Origin: Opitutia bacterium
GTDB taxonomy: Bacteria > Verrucomicrobiota > Verrucomicrobiia > Opitutales > T3Sed10-336
DNA: 64,000 bases
Direction of reading: 5' to 3'
Assembly (NCBI GenBank): GCA_003566885.1
Contig: PXBO01000068.1
Coordinates: forward strand, 5,313 to 69,312
A program made the translations under genes and the position numbers. Positions 36,101-45,252 of the stretch are shown here, piece after piece. The first letter of the stretch is position 1. Each line of letters begins with the position of its first letter. The notes below the pieces were generated by a model. It was not told the DNA's origin, did not search any database, and saw nothing but the letters and a program-made list of their open reading frames with translations.

Positions 36101-37502
36101 CGGCGGCGCGCACGCGCCAGCGCGGGTCGGCCAGCAGGGCGCCGATGACTCCGGTGTCGTGCTCGAAGTCGGAGAGGTGGCGCAGGTAATCGAAGGCGAG
36201 AATGATCAGGTCCTCGGACTCCTCCCGGAGCGCATCCGTGAGAAGAGCCACCGTGGCCTGGGATTCGATTTCCCCGATGGCCCGAAGGATGCCGACCCGT
36301 ACATCTGTATCCGTTTCTTCCCGCCACATGGCTTCGATGGCCGGCATGCTTCCGGCGCCGCCGGCGAGAGCCAGGCGCTCCACCGCGCTTTCCCGGACCA
36401 GCGGGTCGGGGTCGCGTAAGAACTCCTGCAGCAGATCCAGGGAACGTGGCGCGTATCCGCTCAGCGATCCCAGCGCGCTCATGCGGACGCCGGGGTCGCC
36501 GAAAACGAGGTCGCGCGCCAGTCTTTCCGGACGTTCGGCGGACCAAGTGAGCAGGACCGCGGCATACCGGGCCTGGCGCAGGAGATTGCGCTCCCGGCCG
36601 GTCAGGGTCGAATCGTCGGATTCACGTTCCCTCAGATGTCTCGCCACCGGCAGACCGCCTTCCATCAACATCGCCAGGGCGCGACGGGAACGGTCGGGGT
36701 CACGGGAGAAGAGTTCGGTCACATATCCCTCGACTTGCCGCTGCGTAAAGGCGGTGGCGTCGCCCGCCGGCGGGCGATCGGAATCGCCATGGCCGCTTTC
36801 CCACTGTTCCCAGCGGAGGAGGGCGGCGGATTGGTCGGCGGGAGGAATCCAGGGATCGTAGCCGAACGACTCCCCTGCGCGGGCCTCCAGGACCTCCGTG
36901 GCTCCCAGCCGCACCTGGAGCGCGGGGTGTGCCAGCGCTTCGACCAGGCGTGCGGTGGGAAAGGGCGTTTCGTGCAGGAAGGCTTGCAGCCGGGCGGAGC
37001 GGTCGCGGCTGATCCCCAGGTCGCGCAGGCGGTCTTCGAAGGCATCATCGAGGGCGGGTTCCGCGGCTTCCGGCGGTTGACCGGCCTCGGCCAGGAATGC
37101 CAGCAGCGTTTCTCGGTCCGGGTAACCGATGTGACGCCGGCGAAAACTATGATCCGGATAAACGGCAAGGAGGGTAGGCAAACTGTGGATACGCTCGCGC
37201 AGGGCGAGGTTTGTGTGTGCCAGCGCGTCCAGTCGCACGTTGGTAAACGACTCGAGGGCGGCTTGCACCTCGGGATCGTCCCAATGCCGGTCGAGGCGCG
37301 CGCTCCATTCGCAGTCTGCGGAGTGAAAGTACACCAACATCGTTCCGGAGCGATCTTCCGCCTGGCGCAGGCCTGTCTCCCAAGACGAGCCCCATTCGGC
37401 TTGTGCCGGAAGGGCGCCGGTCAGGGCGGCGACGAATGTGGCCGCGGCCGCCGGGAGGGGGCGGAAAAGTTTGGCGAGCGCGTTGGATGGTCCCGGGATC
37501 AT
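33141..37502 (-). CDS. 1453-aa fusion: signal peptide, monothiol Trx-like domain, HEAT-repeat array, CxxC Trx/Grx-like domain and CcdA/DsbD-type 6-TM domain
   Basis: ATG start 26 nt after the DUF4159 stop. MLVYFHSADCEWS gives a Trx fold with C64-x-x-S. There are many D..VR..A...L HEAT units, for example DPDPLVRESAVERLA, DPRWRVRAAALETVEQLG and DEDEFVRLSALSALG. VIFFTQTGCADCAQV carries C1109/C1112. The TM domain has LLDGLNPCAF (C1235) and LLELACTGQ (C1369). Confidence 0.8.
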   Translation of the reverse strand: MIPGPSNALAKLFRPLPAAAATFVAALTGALPAQAEWGSSWETGLRQAEDRSGTMLVYFHSADCEWSARLDRHWDDPEVQAALESFTNVRLDALAHTNLALRERIHSLPTLLAVYPDHSFRRRHIGYPDRETLLAFLAEAGQPPEAAEPALDDAFEDRLRDLGISRDRSARLQAFLHETPFPTARLVEALAHPALQVRLGATEVLEARAGESFGYDPWIPPADQSAALLRWEQWESGHGDSDRPPAGDATAFTQRQVEGYVTELFSRDPDRSRRALAMLMEGGLPVARHLRERESDDSTLTGRERNLLRQARYAAVLLTWSAERPERLARDLVFGDPGVRMSALGSLSGYAPRSLDLLQEFLRDPDPLVRESAVERLALAGGAGSMPAIEAMWREETDTDVRVGILRAIGEIESQATVALLTDALREESEDLIILAFDYLRHLSDFEHDTGVIGALLADPRWRVRAAALETVEQLGLNTLAPEVAERVRDEDEFVRLSALSALGRVGGIAQQPMLSELFLEDESMRLPVLGIYIRNDWAIPPEFSNLLFDSIPSGREAEFVSFLGNLRESQLSVARRFLDHPNEDFSIAAAQSLAARGAGDDNHRERLLALLRDGTRGQKLAVLRRFDPSSARLPRLGESPDGRGSTSSQGNILQRLFSGGSRDQSTRDDSPEARHPLAAFEEAAEAARSGGDEELALEAAVFLTRIGSSLGIETLKDRIDSLSSQEIAELAESLSDYPDPHVDELLRNLFPRLESHSWGVIRSLFENGSFADNLEFILAHTPDPVPTYFQRFLDDIPNYHRLTGSERQRTRTILRETYEQTNDTALRVFVLVFWPQVIAWQEDHSWILSQTRQPDPLVRRAALRLAVQSRPALLPELAGQIAGDSDYRVREVLPAAVQRNESWWSNQYSDAYSSSSWSNVTHTTLGATSSTGPNNERLPSSVEQPLREMTGDPVRQLRLRAMIALADTYEAIENPDALAAHLDALESTDMNRFRVESWVSGYVYTHYRSMGPEHEGLLRYVRNTGYPFNNYNRRLTIEDLRAHFIALREADGPSSEEAPATEAVTAQLRQEPAVTAPDLPENGDRPATVAATAPNGTLPVIFFTQTGCADCAQVRDYLARLRPLFPEIEIQSHNIRDTAAIRLNEHLSETFQVPINNRLVAPTIVAAAGVLVRDEINLDSLNQLLGGSLGRDATVLTMPEQAVAAADARILERFHGFTFAVVLSAGLLDGLNPCAFATIIFFLSYLQVARRTPTQIMQVGIAFVLGVFIAYFAIGIGFYSLIGQLTALEPVARAVNWILAGLVLVICILSIRDGILCLRGKLEETTLQLPRPLKLRINALVRSGVKHSHFVTAAFLTGMAIALLELACTGQMYAPTIMLVLQSGAERLAAFGYLLVYNLAFILPLVIIILLAWRGLTSDRLMDFFRRNVAFVKFANAALFAVLFAFFIVVLL

Positions 37503-37528
37503 GGATACGTTTTGGGTCGGAACGGTCC

Positions 37529-38227
37529 TCAGTGGAGCAGCGAATACATGAGAATATTCACGTTAAGGCGATCGGCATTGCGGATCTCGTTGCCGCCGCA
37601 GCAGCAACACCCGTTCGTGTTGGCGGTGTTGTTGAGCCCGTGCCGGGAATATACCAGGACGATTTTCCCCTGGTGGGTGATGCCCTCCAGGTAGGCGTTC
37701 TCGTCGGTACTCGCCAGGTCCAGGTTTTCGATGGTGTACACGGTTCGGAAAATCGGGTGGTCCATGGGGATGCGGGTCAATTCCAGTCCGTCATCTCCGA
37801 GCACCTGAACCATGTTCCGGCGAAAAGCCCGGTCCCAATCGCTGCTGGAACAACCGGCGGAGGCGAGCATAAACCCTCCGTTGGTAAGGTACCGGCGCAG
37901 GTTGTCGCGTTCGTTCGCGGTGAAGTTGAAGTCCGACTCTCCGGTGATCATGACGAACGGGTAGCGGAAAAGTTCGTCGGAATTGAGCCGTACGCTGCGA
38001 AACCGGCGTTCGGTGGGAATGGCGGTTTCGCGTTGCATAATGGACAGAAACTCGTCGCTGAAACAGCGGGAGGTGTTCGTGCCGGCGTAGATCAGATTGG
38101 CGCACTGGATGGAGCGCGACTGGACCATGGCGGCGGCCTCATGGGCGACGAAGCCGTGGGTCAGTGCGAAAGCGACGAGAAAAGCGGTCGCGGCCCGACG
38201 GAGGTGTCTGATGTTCGTTGTTTTCAT
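37529..38227 (-). CDS. DUF4159-domain protein
   Basis: The internal ATG at 38227 gives the signal peptide MKTTNIRHLRRAATAFLVAFAL. PFVMITGESDFNFTANERDNLRRYLTNGGFMLASAGC and the C-terminal NGCCCCGGNEI...LNVNILMYSL are DUF4159 hallmarks. Confidence 0.8.
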   Translation of the reverse strand: MKTTNIRHLRRAATAFLVAFALTHGFVAHEAAAMVQSRSIQCANLIYAGTNTSRCFSDEFLSIMQRETAIPTERRFRSVRLNSDELFRYPFVMITGESDFNFTANERDNLRRYLTNGGFMLASAGCSSSDWDRAFRRNMVQVLGDDGLELTRIPMDHPIFRTVYTIENLDLASTDENAYLEGITHQGKIVLVYSRHGLNNTANTNGCCCCGGNEIRNADRLNVNILMYSLLH

Positions 38228-38237
38228 GGCGATGGGT

Positions 38238-41045
38238 TCATGGTTCGGAATCAAGATTATCCAAAGATTGGAAATACCGGCGGGCGGCATCCCGGTAACG
38301 TTCGGGCATGGGTTGCAGGAGAAACGAGTCCCTGGGATCGTATTCGGCTCCTTCGGCTTCGACCGCGGAACCGGATTCGACGCGGGTTGCGCCCGTTCCC
38401 GAACCCGGACCTCCCGCGCCGTCCCGTCCGGCGGCGCCGGCGCCCTGGTAGGCCAACCCTTCGCGGGCGGGCGAAAAACCGCTGCGTTGCGGGCCGTAAA
38501 CGGGCACGCCGAGAGGCGATCCCGGGCCGCTCATCCAGGCGCCTTCGCCGCCCATCCCGGCACCTCTTCCGCCGCCGATGCCGAAACCGCGTCCCTGGCC
38601 CGGGGAGCCGGGTGTTCCGCCGGAGCCAAGGAGTGAGTTCAGCATCTGGGCCAGGGTCTGGTTGAGGTCGGGCAGGGTGAAGTTCAGGTTGCCTTCGCAC
38701 ATCCCGCCGAAGGCGCCGCCGGAGCATTGCTCGAGAAGGGATTCCAGACTCTCCAGCGCGCGGTTGGCATGGGTGAGCATGGCGCCGGGCCGGACCTCGC
38801 GTCCCGCTTCGGCGGCGTCCTCCATATCGACCGGAATCTGCAGGAGGTAGATCAAGGTGGTCACCTCCATGGCGCTTTCCCGGAGAGAGTAATAGCGCGG
38901 ATCATCCGGCAGGGCGTCAACCGCGTCCTTGATGGCATGAGCGACGGATTCCAGCTCTTCGCGGAGCTCGTCCTGGGTATTTCCCAGGCTGCGTATGGTT
39001 TCCGTATCGACTCCTCCGGTACGGTTGACTTCCCGATCCATGTGTCGGGTCAGGTCCCGCTGGTTTTCCACGACCGCGGAAAGGCGGGCGGCGAGTTCCA
39101 TCAACTCGTGAATCCGGTCCAGCGTTTCCGCGTCATCCCGGAGGTCCTCCCACGCCTCGTTCTCGGGTCCGTTCCAGCGCTCGCGCATGGCGGCCAGGGT
39201 GTCATCGGCTTCCGGGTCGCCGAGGTTCATTCGCTCCAGGTGCCCCAGTTGGTCGGCCAGGGCGTCGGCGGATTCCCGCCAGAGGGCGGCGGCGGTACTT
39301 TCGATATCGTAGGCGGGAAAATCGTCGGCCAGGGTGTCCATGACGCCGCGTGCGGTCTCCATCGCCTCGGCTAGAGCGTCTTTCAGGGCTTGCAGTTCGG
39401 ACTCGTCGGCGCCATCCCGCATCGCTTCGCGCAGGGCGTCGATCGCTTTGGTCACGGCTTCCAGGGCGAGGTGCGTCTCTTCCATCTTGCGGACGAAGTC
39501 GCGAATCGTCAGCTCGCTGCGGAGAATTTCGGCGTAGGTTTCCTCGTCGATGATCTCCACGCGAACCAGGTTGGACGTGACGGCCGCACTATTGGGATTG
39601 GTATCGCGGGCCTGGGCGTAAAACTCGAGAACATTGCCCGGCTCGGCTCCAAGACGGGCCAGGTCGATGTGTTCGTCGATCGGCAGCGAGGTTTCCGGCG
39701 CGGCCGGACCGAGGTGATGCGAGCGGTCGCGAAAGCGCCCCAGGCCCCGCCAGAGATCAACCCGGCGGATGCCAAGGTCGTCGCGGGCGTACCCTTCCAG
39801 GTTGAGGACCGTCGACGGCGTGGCCAGGGAGTAGGCGGGCGGTTCGGTCAGGGCGATCTCCGGCGGATTGTCGGTCAATGCTTTCTGGGTGAGTTGGAAG
39901 GGCTCGCGACTGCGGGTGCCGCGCAGGTCTTCGAGGATTACTTCCAGTTCGGCATCGCTTTCCAGGGACCAGCGAAAGCGCGCCGAGCTTCCCTCCAGAA
40001 TCTCCGCCTCCACCGCGCGGGTTCCGTCCTCGTGGTGCAGGGTGAGGCGTCCGGTGGCGAGGGGACGATTACTGGCGACCAAGAGTGTGAATTCGGCGCC
40101 GGTATGGCTCTCGATGACCTCTTCGCGCAGCAAGCGGTCCGTGACCGGCAGGCGTGTGTAGGCGGGCGGTTCGGTGCGAAGGCGGGCGGCCAGGATGCGC
40201 GGTTCGTACTGCACCGGCAGTGTCATCCAACGGGTGCGGGCGCGGCCGGTGGCGAAGGCGATTTGCATTTCTCCGGTGAGATTTTCGACTTCCTGTACAA
40301 ACCGGCGCTCCGATTCCTGGAAACAGATTCCTTCGCTTTCTCCGCCGGGACCGCGCAGGAGCAGCACGACTTGCTCGCGCAGTGGCGGACCGAGCACCTC
40401 CACGGCCAGTTCGGCGGTGTCGCCGTAGTACACGGGCTCTTCCGGCAGGTGGACGGTGAAATGGTATCGCGAATACGGAGGGTGGTCCTGCCACGGAAAG
40501 AGCACTCTCGGGTAGGTGGTCGAAAAGACGGGGAAGAGCAGCAGACTGACCAACGCCACACCGCTGGAACAGCAGAGTAAAAAGCGCATCCCCGAGCGGG
40601 CGGACGGGTTGTCCGGGATTCGCTTTTCCGGATGGGCGGCCAGGATGCCTGCGCCTTCGTCCAGCAGGTGTTCCGACAGGTATCGTTTGAATGGTGAGAC
40701 CGAATCCCGGGCGAGTTCCTCCCGGGCTTGGAGGGAGGAAAGCACGGGATGCCGTCCGTCCGCCGCGCGGTCGGCGTAACGGGCGAAATCGGAAAGCGTG
40801 CGCGCCCGGTGGCGGACCGTGAAATAGACGAGCGCACCGAGGCAGAGTCCGGTCCAGGCCAGGGCCAACGTGCTGCGCGCTCCGGCCGGGAGCGCGAGCA
40901 TGGCGTCGAAGGCCCCCAGCACAAGCCATCCCGCGAGAAAGACTCCTGCGATCCGGAACACGGAGCCGGCCAGCAGGCCGCTTACCCAGATGCGCCGGCG
41001 TCGGGCGAGGAGCTCCGTGAAGCGGTTGTCTGACGATTCATTCAT
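38238..41045 (-). CDS. 935-aa membrane protein with a long acidic coiled-coil region and a Gly-rich tail (DUF4175/TIGR02302-like?)
   Basis: The ATG at 41045 overlaps the upstream stop (ATGA). It has 2-3 N-terminal TM helices, a beta-rich middle and then helical acidic repeats. The tail is GSGGTPGSPGQGRGFGIGGGRGAGMGGEG. The family assignment is from memory only. Confidence 0.65.
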   Translation of the reverse strand: MNESSDNRFTELLARRRRIWVSGLLAGSVFRIAGVFLAGWLVLGAFDAMLALPAGARSTLALAWTGLCLGALVYFTVRHRARTLSDFARYADRAADGRHPVLSSLQAREELARDSVSPFKRYLSEHLLDEGAGILAAHPEKRIPDNPSARSGMRFLLCCSSGVALVSLLLFPVFSTTYPRVLFPWQDHPPYSRYHFTVHLPEEPVYYGDTAELAVEVLGPPLREQVVLLLRGPGGESEGICFQESERRFVQEVENLTGEMQIAFATGRARTRWMTLPVQYEPRILAARLRTEPPAYTRLPVTDRLLREEVIESHTGAEFTLLVASNRPLATGRLTLHHEDGTRAVEAEILEGSSARFRWSLESDAELEVILEDLRGTRSREPFQLTQKALTDNPPEIALTEPPAYSLATPSTVLNLEGYARDDLGIRRVDLWRGLGRFRDRSHHLGPAAPETSLPIDEHIDLARLGAEPGNVLEFYAQARDTNPNSAAVTSNLVRVEIIDEETYAEILRSELTIRDFVRKMEETHLALEAVTKAIDALREAMRDGADESELQALKDALAEAMETARGVMDTLADDFPAYDIESTAAALWRESADALADQLGHLERMNLGDPEADDTLAAMRERWNGPENEAWEDLRDDAETLDRIHELMELAARLSAVVENQRDLTRHMDREVNRTGGVDTETIRSLGNTQDELREELESVAHAIKDAVDALPDDPRYYSLRESAMEVTTLIYLLQIPVDMEDAAEAGREVRPGAMLTHANRALESLESLLEQCSGGAFGGMCEGNLNFTLPDLNQTLAQMLNSLLGSGGTPGSPGQGRGFGIGGGRGAGMGGEGAWMSGPGSPLGVPVYGPQRSGFSPAREGLAYQGAGAAGRDGAGGPGSGTGATRVESGSAVEAEGAEYDPRDSFLLQPMPERYRDAARRYFQSLDNLDSEP

Positions 41046-43249
41046 AAGAGTCCGAGGCGGCGGCGGATGGCCCATTCGGTTCCGGCCATGCCGACTAACA
41101 GAAGGAGGAGCCAGGACGTGTCCCAGCGGGTTTCCCAGGTGGCCTCGCCGCTGTCGGCGAGCGTTCCGGCGGGATCGCGCGCATCGGCATCCTGGATACG
41201 GAAGGTTTCATCGACGGAGTAAGCGGTACCGCCGGTGGCGCGGGCCAGGCGGCGCAGGAATTCGTGGTCGGCGCTGAGGTTGTCGCTTTCCGCCGGGGGA
41301 GGAACGACTTCCAGGTGGGCCGAGGCGGACGGGCTTTCCGCGTCGGGGGCGTGTACTTCGATCCGGTACAACCCGGGGGCGTCCAGTTCGAGGAAGGCCT
41401 GCCAGCGGTAATTTCCGCGGGTGACGGGTGAGGCCCGGAAACGCCGGACCTCTTCGCTGCCGCGAATCACCGCGATGCTCGGTGCGGCGGCGGGCGCCTT
41501 GGTGTCTTCCCTTTCGGCCACAAAGAGACGGACCGATTCGCCCGCGCGCACCGTTGTTTGCCCGAGCCGAACGGCGTAATCCTGGCCGGGCAGGAATTCG
41601 TTGTAGGTGCTGGTCCACTGAATGAGCTGCGCCCAGAAATCCCGGTAGAATTCGCCCGCTTCCTCCAGTTGGGGAAAGAAGTCCCACTCCCACAATCCTT
41701 CCGCGTTCAGGGCAACCACCATGCCCTGACCCAACCGCCGCACCGCGAGCAAGGGGATGGGCGACCGGCCGTTGCCGCCGCTTCCTTCCACCAGAACCTG
41801 GGCGAAGGAAGCCAGCCCTTCCACCCGGCGGACGCCGCCGAGCGAGGGGGTTTTATCCCAGAGCGGGTCGAGGTGTCCGGGGAGAGCGTGACCGAACAGG
41901 CCCGCGCTTTCCCCGTGCAGGGTCGGCTGCCAACGGACAACCGCGGTATGGAATTCTCCCCAGGCGAAGGGTTGCAGGCGCTCCAGGGATTCGTTTTCGC
42001 CCTGCCAGGGCTTTCCCCGGGTGAAGAGCAGGGCGCCGCCGTGATCGGCGACAAAGCGGTGCAGGAGATCGGCGCGGGTTTCGTCGACGAAATACTCCAC
42101 GCCCTTACCGAAGAGCACGAGGTCGTAACGGTTAAGTTCCTCAAGACTGGCGGGAAAAACCGCGGCCGATTCCTCGGTCAACCCGACCTCTTCCGCCCCG
42201 ACATGAAAGAACCGGTCGGCGGTCACGCGGTGCACGGTGGACAGCCGGACGTGCGGGGACTCGCGCAGGAGTTGCACGATGAATTTGGTGTCCCAGTGGG
42301 GCGAACCTTCCACCAGCAGGACGTTCAAATCGCCTTCCAACACAACCAGGCCGAGCGGGGCCTCGTTATTGCTCAAACGGACCTCCCCGGGCTGCGCCGG
42401 GGTGCGTAGACGGTACTCGTAGAAGCCCGGGTCGAACGGGGGGAGTTCGAAGGAAAAACTCGCTTCGCCTCCCTTGCCGAGCGTCACCCGTTGGCGGTCG
42501 ACCACCTCTCCGGCGCCGTTCAGGAGTTCGATCTCGGGACGAAGGGCTCCGAGGCCCGCGGCGCGGATGTGCCCCCGGACCACCGGACGCTGATCGTTGA
42601 AAACGGTGAGGCGCCTGGGGCGGGCGCGGATTTCCAGGTCGGGAACCTCCACCTCGCCCCCCACACCGTAGGTGTGAATCGGTGCGCCGGCTTCGCGGGC
42701 GCGCCGGATGGCCTCCGCCGGATCGGAGTCCGGGACTTCCCGGCCATCGCCGGCCACCAGCACCCCGAGCGGATCCACGGAGCCGGGAAGGCGCGACCAG
42801 ACCCGTTCCAGGGCGGCGGCGAGTCCGGTGCCGCCGGATTCCGCAAGCGGCGCTTCCGGCCATTCGCCCTCGACGGGTTCCAGATCCGCGTCATAGGAAA
42901 AGCGGTATACCGGGACGCCGCCGCTTTCAATGCGGCGCTCCGCGGCGGTCAGCCACTCCCGGGCCCGTTGGTAGCGCGTTTGCCCGTCTGCGTCGGGCAC
43001 CGCCATGCTGGGGCTGCGGTCGAGCAGAAGGACCCAGGCGCCGGTCTGTTCGCTGGGACGCTCCTTCCACTGGCCCGGGTTCAGCGCGAGAATAAGAAGG
43101 AGAACGGCCACAGCGGCGCGCAGGGAAAACAGTCCGGCGCGGGCGACCGGTTCCCGTCCGCGGGAACTCCGCCAATTCAGGTAAAGCAGGAGTGCGCCGC
43201 CGGCGATTGCCAGCGGGAGGAGGTACTCCATGGGTATCAGCGGGTTCAT
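41042..43249 (-). CDS. Membrane-anchored vWA-like plus class-I-glutamine-amidotransferase-like protein (BatB-type)
   Basis: The ATG at 43249 overlaps the upstream stop (ATGA). N-terminal TM helices are followed by a MIDAS-like LLLDRSPSM and later by LNRYDLVLFG...GGALLF (GATase1-like/DUF1355-like). Confidence 0.7.
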   Translation of the reverse strand: MNPLIPMEYLLPLAIAGGALLLYLNWRSSRGREPVARAGLFSLRAAVAVLLLILALNPGQWKERPSEQTGAWVLLLDRSPSMAVPDADGQTRYQRAREWLTAAERRIESGGVPVYRFSYDADLEPVEGEWPEAPLAESGGTGLAAALERVWSRLPGSVDPLGVLVAGDGREVPDSDPAEAIRRAREAGAPIHTYGVGGEVEVPDLEIRARPRRLTVFNDQRPVVRGHIRAAGLGALRPEIELLNGAGEVVDRQRVTLGKGGEASFSFELPPFDPGFYEYRLRTPAQPGEVRLSNNEAPLGLVVLEGDLNVLLVEGSPHWDTKFIVQLLRESPHVRLSTVHRVTADRFFHVGAEEVGLTEESAAVFPASLEELNRYDLVLFGKGVEYFVDETRADLLHRFVADHGGALLFTRGKPWQGENESLERLQPFAWGEFHTAVVRWQPTLHGESAGLFGHALPGHLDPLWDKTPSLGGVRRVEGLASFAQVLVEGSGGNGRSPIPLLAVRRLGQGMVVALNAEGLWEWDFFPQLEEAGEFYRDFWAQLIQWTSTYNEFLPGQDYAVRLGQTTVRAGESVRLFVAEREDTKAPAAAPSIAVIRGSEEVRRFRASPVTRGNYRWQAFLELDAPGLYRIEVHAPDAESPSASAHLEVVPPPAESDNLSADHEFLRRLARATGGTAYSVDETFRIQDADARDPAGTLADSGEATWETRWDTSWLLLLLVGMAGTEWAIRRRLGLL

Positions 43250-45252
43250 GACGGGACTCCCTCCTTGTCCGGGCGGGCCAGGCGACAGAAAAGCGCCTCG
43301 GCCAGCAACAAGCCGGCGGCCAGCGCCAGGAACAACGGCCACCAGTCGACCCCTTCGCGCAGGCGCCGGACCTGGCGGGCGTGGCTAAGGGTGATGGCGG
43401 TCTCGGTGATAAACGTATCCGGGTTATGGGTACGAAGATCCGACTGGTCGGCGGGAAACCGCACGGCGGTAAGCCCGACCGTGCGACCGTCGCTGCGCCA
43501 GGTGTAAACGCCCGGTTCCGGGAGAGGGGCGCTCAGAAACCGGTCGAAACCGGCATCGCCCTCCCAGGCCGGCCTCTGGTTGTGGTCCCGTGGGCCCTCC
43601 AAGACCGGTTCGCGGACACCCCAGTCCGCGGGAAAGGCGCGGCTGACGCTTCGGCCGGCGACGGTTTCGCGGCCTGGGACGCTGATGCCGTCGCGGGCGG
43701 TGCGGGCGATTTCGCCGGCCAGGGCGAGGAACTCGGGCAGCAGGGCGTAGGCGGCGCGGCCGTTTTCCTCCAGGGGAATATTCCATCCGTAGATCCGGCC
43801 CGCCCCCGCTGACTCACGCACCAGTGCCGGGGTGTCGTCCTGCCACGCCAACAGCACGGTGACGGAATCGCCGCCAGTGCGAGAGGGCCAGATTACGCGC
43901 TCCTGGTAGGTCCCGCGCGCGGGATCGCCGAAATCGCCCCCGGAAAACACCTCGAACAGCGGGTCGTCCGGGAGCAGGAGGCGCAGGGACTGGGGTTCGC
44001 GCAGGTTTTGCCGCGTGAAGGGGGTTCCGTTTTGTGCGCTGCCCGGAGCCGGGTGCCAGATCACCGTGGCGCCGCGTTCGAAGAGGGGTTCGAACGCGGG
44101 GAGGGCGCGTGGGTCGTCGCCCGTCCAAATCACTACCTCGGCTTCGTTCAGACCGGGTTGGGCCGTTTGGACTACGTTTACCCGGGTACCGTCGAGGGAG
44201 CGAAAGGCGCGTTCCCAGAACGGATGGGGCCAGGCGGGATCGCCGGCCAGGGCGATGGTGGTTCCGGCGGTGACTGCGATGACGGCATCACGGAAGTTGT
44301 CGAGGGGAAAGGCGTCTTCGGGCAGCGACGCCCGCACTGCGTATTCGCCCGGTTCATCCCAGTGGAGGATCGTGGTGACGAGGCGGCTTTCCCAGGCTTC
44401 CAGGAAGATATCTTCGCTTTGCCGGAAAGTGCCGCTGGAAAACAAGACTTCCAGGCGGCGGGGTTGATCGGAGTAATTGATCACCTCGGCGGTGGCCGCC
44501 ACGGTTTCCCCCGCACGGGGGCGTTCGGGTTCCAGGAAGAGGCGGCGGACGGCGGTGTTGGCGGGCGACGGGTCGGTCGCCACCGGCAGGACGGCCATGC
44601 GGATCGAGTCTGGGATCGGGGGGAGCGGGGACTCCCAGGTGCCTCGCTGAAAATCGGAAATCAGGATCAGTTCCTGCGGGCCTTCCGTTTGGCTGAGCTG
44701 GTCGAGTGCGGTCGCCACTGCGGCGGCCCCCGACCCGGATTCGTGGGTGACGCGGGCCCGTTGCAGGGTTTCGCGGAGAAAGTCGGTGTTGCGGGAGGGT
44801 TGGGCGGCGGCGGCCGCGGGCCGTTCGCGGACCCAGATCGCATTGGCGCGATCGCCGGTGCGCAGGCTGCCGAGCACGGCGCTCGCTTCGGCTAAAGCGC
44901 GGTTGAAACGGCTGCCGCCTCCCGCGTCGTAGGCCATGGAGGCGGTGGCATCGACTACCAGGACAACGGTTCTGCCGGCGTCCTCCTCTTCCGACCAGGC
45001 CTGGGCTTCGTAGGTGCGCGGCTGCAGGAATGCCAGCAGCAGGGCGATCACCGCGGCGGTGCGCAGCAGGAGGAGCAGCCAGTCTTTGGGACGTTGCCAT
45101 TTCCGGGTTTTGCGGACGCCTCGCAGGATAAATTCGATGGAGCTGAACTCGTAGCGGCGCGGCCGGAGACGGGCGATCAGGTGCACGAGGAAGGGCAGCC
45201 CGGCCAGCACGGCAAGGGGAAGCAGGTGGGGGTTGCCGAAACTCCAGTTCAT
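43246..45252 (-). CDS. BatA-N (N-terminal double-TM aerotolerance-regulator domain) plus vWA protein
   Basis: MNWSFGNPHLLPLAVLAGLPFLVHLIARLRPRRYEFSS is the TIGR02226/BatA_N signature. The MIDAS-like motif is VVLVVDATASMAY. The ATG overlaps the DUF58 stop (ATGA). Confidence 0.8.
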   Translation of the reverse strand: MNWSFGNPHLLPLAVLAGLPFLVHLIARLRPRRYEFSSIEFILRGVRKTRKWQRPKDWLLLLLRTAAVIALLLAFLQPRTYEAQAWSEEEDAGRTVVLVVDATASMAYDAGGGSRFNRALAEASAVLGSLRTGDRANAIWVRERPAAAAAQPSRNTDFLRETLQRARVTHESGSGAAAVATALDQLSQTEGPQELILISDFQRGTWESPLPPIPDSIRMAVLPVATDPSPANTAVRRLFLEPERPRAGETVAATAEVINYSDQPRRLEVLFSSGTFRQSEDIFLEAWESRLVTTILHWDEPGEYAVRASLPEDAFPLDNFRDAVIAVTAGTTIALAGDPAWPHPFWERAFRSLDGTRVNVVQTAQPGLNEAEVVIWTGDDPRALPAFEPLFERGATVIWHPAPGSAQNGTPFTRQNLREPQSLRLLLPDDPLFEVFSGGDFGDPARGTYQERVIWPSRTGGDSVTVLLAWQDDTPALVRESAGAGRIYGWNIPLEENGRAAYALLPEFLALAGEIARTARDGISVPGRETVAGRSVSRAFPADWGVREPVLEGPRDHNQRPAWEGDAGFDRFLSAPLPEPGVYTWRSDGRTVGLTAVRFPADQSDLRTHNPDTFITETAITLSHARQVRRLREGVDWWPLFLALAAGLLLAEALFCRLARPDKEGVPS

